A DNA stretch of 64,000 bases from Octopus vulgaris (taxonomy: Eukaryota): NCBI GenBank assembly GCA_951406725.2, contig OX597823.1, forward strand, positions 28,768,001 through 28,832,000. Direction: 5' to 3'. This document shows, piece by piece, positions 1-14,184 of this stretch. A program made the translations under genes and the position numbers. The notes under the pieces were generated by a model, which saw only the letters and a program-made list of their open reading frames with translations, was not told the origin of the DNA and searched no databases. Every line of letters begins with the position of its first letter. Positions within the stretch are counted from its first letter, which is position 1.

Positions 1-520
1 TTTCGAACTTAAGAAAAGGCATCCTTGTATGTTTGCAACTTGTATTTGTAACTTGATAAGGAAATCAACTTCAATTATTATCGTCATAAATGTGAATAGA
101 AGCTGAATGTTTCGAAGCATTACTCTATAGCTATCGATGTGTTTTAGGGATAACGTCGACTCGTATGGAGAGGTAATGACTACATGACATTGTTGGGCAG
201 CTGTTGATCGCATGTGAGGTGACTTCCACAGAAGTATGACATAATCAGCACTTTCAATGGCATGTTGGGAGTTCAAACGCTTAGGATTCGATGTGTAATG
301 TGATATAGCATTCACTAGTGTCAGAAGAGTTGTACCTCGGGTCGATATTAGTTTTTCTTTGAGGTATGTCATTCCAGTCGTATGAAAGACTGTCAAGGAA
401 GGAGTAGTTTTTGTTGAGAGGTTTTGTTGCTTAGAAATTCTGTATTCGAAGGTTGTCTGCACTGATCTCAAGTCTGAATTTCTTTCATTTCTTCTTTAGT
501 AGAGCTTATAGACATCATTG
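1..520 (-). mobile_element. Decayed restriction-like-endonuclease LINE fragment (R4/NeSL-like)
   Basis: Minus strand reads C*LCHTSVEVTSHAINSCPTMSCSHYLSIRVDV: C-x2-C-x8-H-x4-C knuckle followed by an RHD-like motif. Confidence 0.6.
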
Positions 521-532
521 TATGGAAGTTTG

Positions 533-717
<185 letters not shown>

Positions 718-1100
718 GGAGTGGCTGTGGGGTAAGTAGCTTGCTTACCAACAACAGGGTTCCGGGTTCAGTCTCTCTGCGTGGCACCTTGGACAAGTGT
801 CTTCTACTATAGCCTCGGACCGACCAAAGCCTTGTGAATGGATTTGGTAGACGTCGTATGTGTATATATATATATGTATGTGTGTGTATATGTTTGTGTG
901 CCTGTTTGTCCCCCTAACATCGCTTTACAACCGATGCTGTTGTGTTTACGGCCCCTTAACTAAGCGGTTCGATAAAAGAGACCGGTAGAATAAGTACTAG
1001 GCTTAAAAAGAATAAGTTCTGGGGACGATTTGACTGACTAAAGGCGGTGCTCCAGCATGGTCGCAGTCAAATAACTGAAACAAATAAAAGAATAAAAGAA
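718..1100 (+). mobile_element. tRNA-derived SINE, family A (CORE-like centre, internal microsatellite)
   Basis: Pol III A/B-box-like TGGCTGTGGGG and GGTTCAGTC; GTGGCACCTTGGACAAGTG core-like block; homologous copies at 40.7, 52.6 and 58.7 kb. Confidence 0.85.
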
Positions 1101-1153
1101 TATACATCTATCCATCTATTCATCCATCCATATATATATATATATATGTACAT

Positions 1154-1231
<78 letters not shown>

Positions 1232-1237
1232 TTATTT

Positions 1238-3990
1238 ATGGTCGTTGTCTACTCCTCATCCAGTCTCACCACCTCCTGTACCTACATCTTAGAATCATCA
1301 TGGCGTGTGAAGTGGCTTTTTAAACCAGACAATGTTTTGAAAAGACATATACATAGATTGCATATCTGATTTGCAGCACCAAGAGCTGATCTGTGTAGAC
1401 GTTGTGATGTTTGTGGATCTTAAGATGTCTTTCAAGGCTTCCGTCAGATTTGCAGACCTTATGGCATACATTGCACTGAAAGGCATGCACAGACATATAT
1501 GCAGGCTAGTTGGTGGAGCTTCGTTTGCATGGCTTTGTAAATGAGACTTAAGCCCAGCAAAAGAAAAGCGTGGTCTGTCACAAACTGTACACACAAAAAG
1601 TTCATTGTGATTCACCTTCTTGAGCCTAACCTTCTTTAAATCTCCCTTGAGTCTTGCATGCGTGTATCCTGGCCTCTTCATATGCTTTCACTCCTCCACT
1701 TCACACTTTTTTTCGCCATTCAACTAGATCCTAAGCAAGGGTTTCTATGTCTTTTGGATCCATTCCAAGTGACTTCATATTAGTTCTTATGCCTTCCTTA
1801 AACCACATTTTAGATTTATACCGATATCGTTTCCCCTCTGCAAGCTCACCATAAAACAACAGTTTGGGTGTGCGGCCATCCGCCATCTCATTTGGTTTCT
1901 CAAAATCATCGCTTTAATTGATGTGATGCCTGCAGACGCAAGGACATCTGTGTTTGGTGTAAAAGAACTCCATTCAATGTTTAAAACGCGATGAAGGCAT
2001 TTTTGGTAGCATTGTTCAAACAACTTGAAATGACTTTCATAACATGTCCACGTTTCAGAAGAATACAACAGGAATGGTAAGGCAAATGATTTGAAAAGAG
2101 CTAATTTTGTGTTTTTATTTATATATCGCTGGCACCAAACACGTGCTGCCCTTTGAATTCCACCAAATGTTTGTGCTGCCCTTTGAATTCACGGATGTAT
2201 TTCTGTGTCCACATGTCCATCATTTTATACAGGGGTTCCAAAGCAGATAAAAGGATCAACCATCTCAAGTAACTTACACTTAAAAAACAGCACCACATGC
2301 AGTTTGATATATTACAAGTGTTTTTTCTTCTTAAATTGATGGTCAAGCAAAAATCATTACAACCTAAGTCAAATCCAGATACTAGAGAATGCAGACCTGT
2401 TTCACAATTACTGAGTAGATCGCAATCGTCAGCGTATAAGAGTTCCTTAAAGAGTGAAGTAAAAACCTTCGTTTTGAATTTCAGTCTGGTCAGATTAAAA
2501 ACATTCCCTGTTGTTCGATATTTTATGTAAATACCCTCCTCGGAGTTTTGAAAAGACTGTGACAGCACAACAGCAAAGTATATTCCAAAGAGAATGGGTG
2601 CATCAAGTTCTACTCACTTTACTCCATTTTCCACGGCAAAAGATTCAGAGGGCATACCACTAAAATTAACTCTAGTTTTCATATCTTGATTCAAAGCCCT
2701 GATTATGTTTACGAATTTCTCTGGGCAACCTATTTTCCTTAGAATAAGCCACATAGCATTTCGATTAACAGTATCGTATGCTTTTCTCAAATTAACCAAG
2801 CTATTGTATAGGGCAAGATTCTGTTCAATTCACTTTTGCTGAAATTGTTTGATAGTAAAGGCACAATGAACTGTGCTCCTGGAGGAGAGAAAACCACATT
2901 GAGTCTCAGCCACCATATTTGGGACTATAAAGGTATTTAAACGTTCTAACAGAATGCAGGCAAGTACCTTTCCAACCACAGACAAAAGCGAAATCCCAAG
3001 AAAATTACCACCCGGATCCTTTGGCCCTGATGCATTCAGGGAGACTTGAGACCCCTTTCGGTCATGACTGACCGTGGGATTGCACCTAGAAAGTTACCCT
3101 CCCAGGCACAAGTTCGAGCAAGGTTGTTTATGGAAGACCAGCAGTCGCACATGCATACAGGCCTCTCCTCTCCACGCGACCAGTGTTATTCAAGGAAAAG
3201 GCAAAGGGTCCGATACAGCTTGGCACCTGTGACATCGCAACTCATTTCTACAGCTAAGTGAACTGTAGCAACGTGAAATAAAGTGTCTTGCTCAAGAACA
3301 CAACACGCAGCCCGGTCCGGGATTCGAACTCACAACTTCACGATCGTAAGCTCGACACTCTAGCCACTGAGCCATGCGCCTTCACACAAGGAGACTAAAA
3401 TGCCATTAATCCAGTCTTGAGGCACTTTCTCACTTCTTCAGCAATGGCTAACTAATATATCTAAGAGTTCAAACAGTTTGTTGTCTCCATATTTCAAAAC
3501 CTCGGCATAGATTCCATCAGAGCCTGGAGACGATTTGTTATTAAGCATATTCACAGCTCAATAAATGTCATTTAGAGTTGGTTCAAATGCCATCTCCTTT
3601 ATAATTGGAAGGTAGTTCAATTTCTGTTTTTCATCATCATGTTAGCGGATGATGGTCCATTCAAGAGTGTAGAAAAATGTTCTACCAAGCGCTTATGAAT
3701 AGAAGCGGTATCAGTCAGAAGCAGACGTCCGTTTGCTGTTCTCCCTAGAGCTATTGAAGAGGATTTTGGGACAAACCCTTGGCATCATTTCTATTAGCTT
3801 CTTGGTGTACTCCTTTTGATATATCATTCAACTATTCATGTTTAATTTTCCTTAGGGCAGTCTGTACTTTCCCTTTCAGCTTCCAGTAAGCTTCCGTTGA
3901 GTTGGGGTTCAAGGACTGAGCAAGAAATGTGTTTCCTAAAGTTTATTTTCTCAAAGTGGATCATGAATTTCTGCTGACTAGTTTGAGAAC
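1238..3990 (-). mobile_element. Decayed RTE-clade LINE with C-terminal C2H2 zinc fingers
   Basis: Fragments PGSDGIYAEVLKYG, LRKAYDTVNR, ENGVK, LLYADD, YSSETWT, RNQMRW; many stops and frameshifts; interrupted by a SINE. Confidence 0.9.
3047..3386 (-). mobile_element. tRNA-derived SINE, family D, nested in the RTE
   Basis: Minus strand: TGGCTCAGTGG A-box, GTTCGAATCC B-box, GTGTTCTTGAGCAAGACAC core-like block; flanking repeat GGAGACT at 3040-3046 and 3390-3396 (putative TSD). Confidence 0.85.
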
Positions 3991-4098
3991 CTGTCACTGG
4001 TTTTACGCGATTTCAATCCTACTGAACTTGCAACCGGAAATACTTTCGTTTTGAAATCTTCTCATAGATGGTTTGGGCCAAGACTGATATGCATAAAC

Positions 4099-4144
<46 letters not shown>

Positions 4145-4257
4145 ATGAAAATCAAGAATATATACTGATATATATTGTATACATACATATGCATATATAT
4201 ATATATACAGATATATATATATGCACAGACACAAACACGCACATACACACACACACG

Positions 4258-4305
<48 letters not shown>

Positions 4306-4373
4306 TGGCGTAGTTTTGGCGAAGCATTGTGTGATATTATATTAAAAATACGTCTCGGATAAAGCTTGAATAC

Positions 4374-4600
4374 TGTGAGAAGATGCAAAGTAAACTACGA
4401 GAATGAATAGGAAACATAAGAAACTTTATACTTCTATATTTCGGCGCTATGAAGAAAAGCTAAAGATGAACAGGTCGTTGCTTTTCCATCCTTCGCTTTA
4501 GCATATGTTTTGACGGAGGGGTTATAGCCCCAGAATAAAGGAATATTTGGTAAAACGTTTTTGCTCCACGCTTTTGTATTTCACTTTACATCTTTCCACA
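4374..4600. repeat. Degenerate fold-back element
   Basis: tgtgagaagatgcaaagtaaactacgagaa is an imperfect inverse of cttttgtatttcactttacatctttccaca. Confidence 0.55.
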
Positions 4601-4644
4601 TTGGTATGGCCTTACTTTACAAGTCTTTTTACTCTGTGTGTGTG

Positions 4645-4742
<98 letters not shown>

Positions 4743-4744
4743 CA

Positions 4745-5310
4745 TTTCAATAACAAAAGGGTAAAAATCAATTAATTAATTAATAATTAATAGCTATACC
4801 AATTTGTCAGTACGTTAAAATAACCTTTTTGCAAAATTATACAAATATTTTATAATTATATACATAATTATAATCAAGGATCAGCTAATTGCTTCGCCAC
4901 GCACTACATTAGAAATCGGCGCTAAACGACTTCTCTTCTAACATAAAAATCTCCGAGACCTTAGCACACATTTTTACGTAGGCAAAAGGAAAAAAATAAT
5001 GAATGCACACGACTTAGATTGGCTACATATGCGTTTCAGGATTAAAGTAAAGTTATATTTCTCATCTTCCGTGCAGCATTTCGAAATGTAAATTCGAGAG
5101 TTTTAGGATTAAATAAGTATGTGATCAAGCGCCATCGCATAACCGATATTCAATCACACTCTCCAAAATATACATCCCAATGTGGATACATATTTATCTT
5201 TAATACCCACGTGTATTACTGTCTCGGAGATCTTTATGGTAGTGTCGATTTCTAATACCGTGCGTGGCGAAGTAATTAGCTGACCCATTGATTATAGAAT
5301 ATTTGTATAT
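4745..5310. mobile_element. Fold-back element beside (TA)n; same family as 50419-50807
   Basis: Inverted arms ~4869-4970 and ~5208-5296 (tcagctaattgcttcgccacgcac / gtgcgtggcgaagtaattagctga); start resembles the 50.4-kb element. Confidence 0.7.
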
Positions 5311-5556
5311 ATATATAATCCAAACATGAACATAGAGAAAACACAACAACGCGAGGACGTGGAACAAGTATAGTGTAATTGGACGCTCAGGAAAGGAAAG
5401 AAGGAAGGAAGATTTAACGTTCCGAGCGGAGCTCCTCGTCAGAAACATGGAAAAAGGAAAGGTCCAAGGAAGGGAAGACGGAGAAAGGAAATCGCCAACG
5501 ATACACACACAGTCACAACCGCCTAAGAACAAATATTTATATAAGCACACACGCAC

Positions 5557-5589
<33 letters not shown>

Positions 5590-6102
5590 TGCGTTTATGA
5601 TTGTGTGTATATGTGCGTGTTTGTATGCTTGTATGTATGTGTTAGATATCATCAGTTAGAATATAAATCTCTTACTTCACTTTATTTCACTTATCATTAT
5701 TACAGATAAATAGAATTTTAAAAAAGAAAAGTAGTCACGTCCCATATAAAGATAATGGAGATTAAAACAATTATCAAATGTCCAATGATACAGTAGGTAT
5801 GAAATTTTATATAACAGTTACATAGATTAAAAGCGTCTCCGGAATACAGGTATCAATATCATGATTGTGGTAGCGAAAATATAAACAAAACCAGTGTTAA
5901 ATGTATGATATACCAGCTCGAATGCAATGTTTTCAAATGTATAATATATTCAAGGAACTTCATAAAATTTCTTCAACTTTTGATCTTACATAATCATATT
6001 TCAACAACAACAACAACAAAAAATAACAAAAAACAACAACAAAAGAGCAACAAAGATAACAACAATAATAATGATGATGATGATGATGATGATGCTGATA
6101 GA

Positions 6103-6265
6103 AGGCCTGAAATTTAGGGTAGGGAACCAGTCAATTACATCGACCTCCGAAAGGATGAAAGTCAAATATGACCACGGTGGCATTTGAACTCGTATCGTAA
6201 AGATGGACTAAATACTGCAAAGCATTTTGCCCGGTGCGGTAAGGATTCCGCCAGCTCACCGCCTT
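6103..6265 (-). mobile_element. SINE family B (GCCTTTCATCCTTTCGGGGTCGAT domain)
   Basis: Reverse-complement match to the 44874 copy. Confidence 0.8.
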
Positions 6266-6341
6266 AATAATAATAATAATAATAATAATAAAAATAATGA
6301 TAATAATAATAATAATAATAATGATAATAATAATAATAATG

Positions 6342-6402
<61 letters not shown>

Positions 6403-6412
6403 CAATAATAAC

Positions 6413-6483
<71 letters not shown>

Positions 6484-6487
6484 CAAC

Positions 6488-6520
<33 letters not shown>
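6266..6520. repeat. (TAA)n microsatellite
   Basis: Read directly. Confidence 0.98.
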
Positions 6521-6521
<1 letters not shown>

Positions 6522-6830
6522 GATGACAGAAAAGTCGATAGATATAACAAGTTAGATTGGGAATTTAAGCAGTTGTGATCGCTGAAAAACGTGGTAGTAG
6601 TACCAATAGTTGTCGGAGCCCTGGCAACAGTGAGTAAAAATGTAGAGAGGTTCATGGAACAAATAGGGGCTGCAATGATGGTGGAGCCCTTGCAGAAAAC
6701 AGCATTGCTTAGAACCCCTCGAATACTCCGGATGGAGCTCGAAAAATAAGGGGTGTTACCTTAGTTCACTGGTAGTGAACAGCTGGCACGGTTGTACATC
6801 TCTAGCGTTGGAAACGTTGTAAAGACAATA
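6521..6830 (+). mobile_element. 3' end of an R4/Dong-clade LINE embedded in (TAA)n
   Basis: DDRKVDRYNKLDWEFKQL*SLKNVVVVPIVVGALATVSK...LQKTALLRTPRILRMELEK* plus 3' UTR, with TAA repeats on both sides. Confidence 0.85.
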
Positions 6831-6901
<71 letters not shown>

Positions 6902-7414
6902 TAATAAAAATACTGACACAAGTCTATAACATTTAAGTTTGGCACAATCGGTTAACCTCAACTGCAGTTCTTCATTAGTACTTTATTTTATCGACCCCAT
7001 AAAAATATAAAGCAAAATAATCTAGAGACTTACGCACTATATTAATTTCGTTTCTCTAACGACTCGACTAATCTACTGTACATAATCTATGGATGACTCC
7101 CATTGCTTATAGTACTCACGTTGGCATAATATTGTCCTTCTGCCTCAGTATCAGAGTGGGAGTAATCATCGACCCCCGTATATAATCAGGATTGATTCTA
7201 ACAAGCTAAGAGGCGTAAAATTAGGCTGTTATAGCAGATGTATAATATTTATTGGACTCGTTTGTTGGCGCAACGTTGTAATCTTGTAGTATTAACAATT
7301 ATTTACATAGAATGTCTTATCCTTATATTAAGAAAAGCATACTTGACTTCTCTGCATATGTCAGCTAAATATTTCTATGTAAGTGTTTAATTATTATTAT
7401 TGTTATTATTATTA

Positions 7415-7509
<95 letters not shown>

Positions 7510-7854
7510 GCTAGTATTGTTGTTTTTGTTGTTTTAATGTTGGTCATTATGAATTTTGAAGTCAAATTCTCGAAGCCTCAAGCAGAAATCCACTTCTTCC
7601 TTCTTTTGTACCATCCTCTCTTTCTCCTCCTCCTCCTCCTCCTCCTCCTCGTTCTCGTCTTCCTCCTCCTATTCGTCATAATCATCGTCTCTGTCGTCCT
7701 CTTCATCATCATCATCATCCTCATGATTAGCCAGTAACGGCAAAGTTGTGGAGTAAACGAGTACGTCAATATTTTCCAAACGTCCAATTACGTCCTGACT
7801 TTAAGTCCAGCCGGGAATAATTATGCATTTCGGGCATTACTATTATTATTATTA

Positions 7855-7924
<70 letters not shown>

Positions 7925-8007
7925 GATTATTATTATTATTATGTTTTTCCTTTCTTTCTTCAAATTTTCTTCCGTTTCTCGCCGAGTGTTTTCCATTATT
8001 ATTTTTA

Positions 8008-8060
<53 letters not shown>

Positions 8061-9199
8061 GCGTAGTTCTGTTTGCATTGGTTATAAACAATGTTTTGCT
8101 TTAGATTTGTTGTTTTTATCCTGTAGAAAGTGTTGTACATATCTGTGCTAGTTTATGGTACAAATGTCTAAGTTCTAGCTTTCTTCTTATGTTTTCCTAT
8201 ACACGTATTTTAGCATTCACTTAACGCCTATTACTTTAGGAATTCTTTCTATTTTCAGAGCTCACATATTCACGTCATTATTCTTGTTGTTGTATTTGGT
8301 GATGTTGTTACTGTTGCCTGCACAACCGCTGTTATTATTATTATTATCATTATTGTTGGTATTCATATTACAGCGGTTGTTCTCGTTTATAAACTGCATC
8401 ACATGAGTTTTACTGTGTCACCAGTTGCACCTTTATATTTCTGCTGTTTGTCTTTCATTGGAGGAGCAGAATGGTGTTTGTGTGCAACCTCCGTTTTGCC
8501 TCACTATGAAACATCTTCTGTTGTATTTTGATGTTGCTTTCTTCATTCACATCTACAGCAGACTCTGTATTACATGAGCTAATGTCAGATGGTGATGTTT
8601 AACAGTTATTTACTGGGTCAGGTGTGTACAGGATGTGAGTTGAGTGAAATGCTCCTGTTAGAATGTTGGGTAAGGAATATGAACGATAAATGTTTGTGAT
8701 ATTTTATTGGCTTTTGATAGTTTCATGTATATGTTATGTGCAAAAAAATATTTTGAAGCTGTGTAATTGAATGTCGGCCTGTGCCGACTAGGGGTGTGTT
8801 TTGAACTCAGTATAACATCATCAGTAGGGGCGTGGTGGGAGATTAACTTAACGCAAACAAAGGGTGATTTTTAATTATCCACATAAAGAATGTTGAATAA
8901 AGATGCAACCTATCTATGAATAGATGTAATTTTCATTAAAAAACGAGTGTCTTCCTAATCTGTAAACCCGAGGACAAGAGGAGGTGACAGACTATTTGGT
9001 GCACATGACTCCAGCCCGTAGGCTCATACCGCAATGCATGTTCGTGTGTAGTAAAAGTGGGATACTTATAAGGGGCAATGGCAGTGATATTGAGCTTTGA
9101 TCTCGCGGTGTGATCCACTTAGTACAATATTCGTACAGAGGCTATGCGAATCTCTAAGTGGTCGGTTGAAATGTGTATGACATTTTATGTCCTAATTAT

Positions 9200-9690
9200 A
9201 AGTCCTAACTACTGCCTAAAACCACTCGGCAATTACGGAGCTGCGCATCGCCATTAACATCAAACGAAAAGAATGGAACTGGCGGTACATGACAAAAAAT
9301 CCAGCTGTCAGACTCTTCCAGTAAGATACATATGAATGATGTCTGCTTTAACGACTATAAACGCAGAGAAAGATGGAAAATGACGACCAACAGCAGATTA
9401 GCAACATCAGCAGTATATCCCGTAGGCTTTTCTCCAGACAGCACAACTAGTTTCACACCACCGAAGACGGTTATCAGGTTGATAGAAAAACCGACGAACA
9501 GAACTGCTCACCAGTCAAAACACGTAGAGCCATTTCAACGTCTTGCAAAATTGGAAGAACGTGGACAAGAAAACAATCTGCCCAAAGAAATGGGATCCTC
9601 AAACGAGAACAAATATTAACTGGGAGGAAGGTTCCTCTTCTCTTGCACATATTTTTCTACAGATGCTCAAAGTACTAAAGCTTTCACAGT
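9200..9690 (+). mobile_element. Possible Penelope-like element remnant
   Basis: TNINWEEGSSSLAHIFLQML resembles the C-terminal N-R-D-E-G motif of PLE GIY-YIG domains; heavily decayed. Confidence 0.3.
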
Positions 9691-10749
9691 AAAACAGAAA
9701 ACTTGGATCGCATGGATAACGGCAAGCTGCAAATGTGAGAAGCGGAAATAACGCCGGAAATATTCAAAATACATTTGAAAGATAAAATGCAGGTGATGGC
9801 CACAGCTCTTAAAATATGATAACGTAAGAAAAGTATACTCAGAAGAAGTGGGCTTCCACATACCACGTCGAACCCCCAAAATGTTCACGAGTACGTTTGA
9901 GTAAACCAAGTTTCAATATAAGAATAGTGGAAGGCAGAGAGCGAGCGAGCGAGAGAGAGCAAAGGTAAGCAAATAGCAGAAGGAGGAGCTCACCTCACCT
10001 TCACGTAGAACTGAATTTCACCTTTTCTGGTGAAACAAATGAGCTACTGATGGAACCACCAAAAGTGCAGACAGAAAAATTTCCGCCGTTTAGATTGCGG
10101 AGTAGTTCGGGTTAAAAATTTGGGAATCCATTCAAGATAGTTTATTAGTGTTCTTCTTGCAGGAAGTTGACCAGTCCGAAGCAAGATCTGGAGAATTCTC
10201 AAACTATGAAGGGTAGGTCAGTCTATCTGCTGCCTATGCTTTTAAATTTGAATGTTCTTTTAATTTCTGTGCTCAAATAATATCAAATTTAAAAGATGTC
10301 CTTATGAATATATTACAAAGTATTTATTCCACCTTTTATTTTTATATAACATTTTGGCTACCACATAGAATTGTAACCTTATTTTTCTATTGTATGCGTA
10401 ACTGGGCACCTGTGGGCAAAGGCAGAAATTACGGTTGTTATGGGTGATAGAAATTAAAGTTGTAAACTGGCGGAAGTTGAAGAGCGACAGGGAAAAATGC
10501 ATTGCTTTATTTGTTCGGCTCTTTGTGCTTGCGGCTCAAATTGCGCCAAGTTCTTCTCTACCTTTTACCATTTTGGCATCAATAAACTATAATAGCAGTC
10601 AAGTGTTGAGGTCAATTTGAACCACTATACTCTTCCCCTAAAATTGCTAGCCTTGTGCCAAATTCTTAAATCATCATTATTATTATTATCATCATTGTCA
10701 TCATCATCATTATTATTGTTGCTGCTATTATTATTATTATTATTATTAT

Positions 10750-10820
<71 letters not shown>

Positions 10821-12439
10821 TGACGATGTATAGCAAACTGGTTGAAGCTAGTATAGTATTACATTTACAAATGCTGCTGATTCGGATGAAAAACAAATTG
10901 AAACTGGAAAGAAACCTAACCAAATTGAATAGAGTGTTACATTTGGCACTCTACAAACACCCTGCTACGCTTTGATTATCATTATCGTCAAATTTCTTCA
11001 TTATTTTACCACTTATCAGAGAATATTTAAGATTACTTTTCCTTTACATAATTATTGATCTCTTCAAGTTTGTTATGTATCATATAATTATTTTCAACAT
11101 CATTATAATTTCCATACTATAGTGCTATGTTATGATAACTATTTTACCTAATAAAATGTATTTTTTCAGGTAATAATTTTTAAAATTATTCTTGTTTCTG
11201 TTAATGAAATATATTTTTTTAATTTCCTGTTTCGGTTTAATTATAACATGTTTCTTCGAAATAATCTTTTCGTAATATTAGAATCAATCTGTCAAATATT
11301 ATTAATTAAAAAATCTCATTAATTACGTATGAATTAGTTTTGAAACAGAAACAGAACAAATTTTGCTTGAAACCAAATATTAAATCAAGGGTAGTGTTTT
11401 GATAATCCAATGAAAAGTATGTGCCGTGTTGATAATAACAATTTTTACAGTGTCACGAACAAAAATAGGTCTGTTTAATTTCAAAGGTTATTTTTGCAGT
11501 AGACGAAGAATAAATTCCGTTTTGTCACACATATATGAATCTTGTACATTAGATTTCACTTCGTTTTTTTTTCTTTATATTTGTTACATTCAATAACTGG
11601 GAAAAATTGGCGGCCCTATTTCATTAAGGCATTCACAATTAAATCGACTGTGAAACTCGATTTATCTAAAACAACATAAAGCGAAACAGTTTTATAAAAT
11701 ATTGATTTCTTTTAAATAGGGCCAACACCTCAAGTTTGTATTGGAAGTTTGATTGTATGAACATCTCTATATCAATAGTTTATTGAATCTTATGATAGCA
11801 GAGATACATTGGCCAGGATGTATATCGAAATCAGATCATGGCTCGAGAGAACTAAATATTATAAAATATCCAGTTTAATTTACCATGTTTTTTCTGTCAT
11901 TTCAGGGGTAAAGGAATGAATAATCAAATAGTGAAGTCCCGTATATAAAACACACTAAGTACATGTTACAAATATATTAATGTTTCAATAACATAAAATA
12001 AATTTAATCTTGAATTATGATATGAAAATGTGTTTATGACACCGAGCATACGGCATGGTATGCCACGTACATAACGATTCTACCAGCTTCGAGCTAGTTT
12101 GCTCTCCAGAGGTATCCCGCTGCCCCATGTTGCCTTGGCCATGGGCATATGCACGCGACAACAGCTAGCAGACAAAGTGTAAAAGTGTAAAAGTACAGAC
12201 CAGCGCACTGATTAATTACTTAGGGATTGAATTATCAGATCAAACTGTCACTTTAGTACGTGACAACAATAAAAATTTCAGTGATATTTAAATTAAAAAG
12301 CAAAGACGAGACGTTTTCAAGCGGACATCACCGACTGCCAAGAAACCTGCTAAGATGGGAATAGTTGGAAACACATTCACAGACACATACAGATACATAC
12401 ACACATGCATACATACACACACACACACACACACACTTA

Positions 12440-12471
<32 letters not shown>

Positions 12472-12547
12472 CTCACAAACACTCATATAGTATGTATGTA
12501 TGAAAGTATGTATGTGTATATGTATGTATGTATAGATAGATAGACAA

Positions 12548-12620
<73 letters not shown>

Positions 12621-13450
12621 GGGATGGGTGGGTGGAGAGAGAAAGAGAGACGCTAAAGAAAGAGTAGAGCTCTAAATATCTTGGAATGAATCCTACGCCG
12701 ACGGATAAATGCAGTTTCCTTACACCAAATATTCGTATTCATTTCGGTTCTGTCGAACGAAGTGAATGTTGAACGTAAGGAGAATGCAAGTAACTAATGG
12801 CGTTAGTTTTACTTGGGAATGCATATATACATCATTTATACATACATATATAAATATAGATAGACAGACAGACAAACGGATAGATAGATAATTGTTGTTG
12901 ATACATATTTTTTATATAGATAAAACATTAAATTTTCTTTCAAAAGATTCCCTTGTTTCATATAGATGCCAGTTTCGTTAGGTTAGATGTAAACATTTTC
13001 AAAGACACTAGAGAATAAATTTGTTATGTTTAGTATATATAATTTTTATAGTTTACTTATATAAATTTATTCTTAATAAACTTCATGAAGACAATTACAA
13101 CTTATTTTTAACGATTGACATTCTAATATTGGTTCCTCTAAAGGTAAATTTTATGAAGTCTTGTGGTCTTGTGGTCTATTACATACCACGGAGATTAAGC
13201 CTCGACATAAATTTATGAAAAGATATGTAAAAAGCCAGTTCACTGTTATATATTTGCAAATAATTGTATATACGTCTAAAGATTCAGTGCATATGTTTTA
13301 TAGCATGTATGAACATATCTATATTCGACATAATATCAGATCGATCGCACAAACGTATGCATATATGTGTGTGTGTGCATGTATGAAAGTTGTATATATA
13401 TATATATATATATATATATGGGTATGTGTGTGTATACGTGCATGTGTGCA

Positions 13451-13486
<36 letters not shown>

Positions 13487-13547
13487 AATGGTAAGACAAC
13501 AAGAGAATGAAAGACACCTCGATATTATGTAAATAGAGGAATTTATC

Positions 13548-13687
13548 TGTAAATGTAATACGTGACAATTATTCAGTAGCGATGATAAAACTCCGAGTTT
13601 CGGATGTCAGGGTGGAAATCCACGCCGCCATCCGAAATACGGACTTTTATCATGGTTACTGAATAATTGTCACATATTACATTTACA
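13548..13687. repeat. Fold-back element with ~58-bp arms
   Basis: tgtaaatgtaatacgtgacaattattcagtagc...tttcggatg is the inverse of catccgaaa...gttactgaataattgtcacatattacatttaca. Confidence 0.85.
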
Positions 13688-13701
13688 CACACACACACAC
13701 C

Positions 13702-13769
<68 letters not shown>

Positions 13770-14184
13770 CACACTTATAATCTAGGTGCGTATTTATTCG
13801 TGAGTGCGTGTGTCTTGTTGGCGCGTTTTGTAGTGTTCTGTATTTGCAGAATATTCTAATGAACTAAAGATTGTGTGTGGGGTATAACTTGTAGAATAAC
13901 TTATTTCATTAAGTTTTTCTACTCTTGATATAAGGTTCTCCATTATTTAGCGGTTCCCATTTAGAATTTCAGATACGAAGTGCATGAAACAACTTGAATT
14001 AATATGTCAGATTTACTATTGTCAATGTACAAGAGTTTAAGACTTCCCTGTGCATCGCGGCAAAATAACGTTTGCTATACTGAAGGCCACTAGATGAGCT
14101 GCATTGTGGACACTTATTTTTACGTATAGTCTGTATGTATGTATGGATGTATATATGCATAAATTATACGTATGCTTACATATA

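Noticed and set aside
8110-8140. MYNTFY resembling the calexcitin N-terminal FNTFY
   Set aside because: It is downstream of the stop codon, has no donor site and runs into microsatellite; a chance match.
8530-8930. Possible Penelope RT remnant on the minus strand
   Set aside because: Only faint motif resemblance, too decayed to support.
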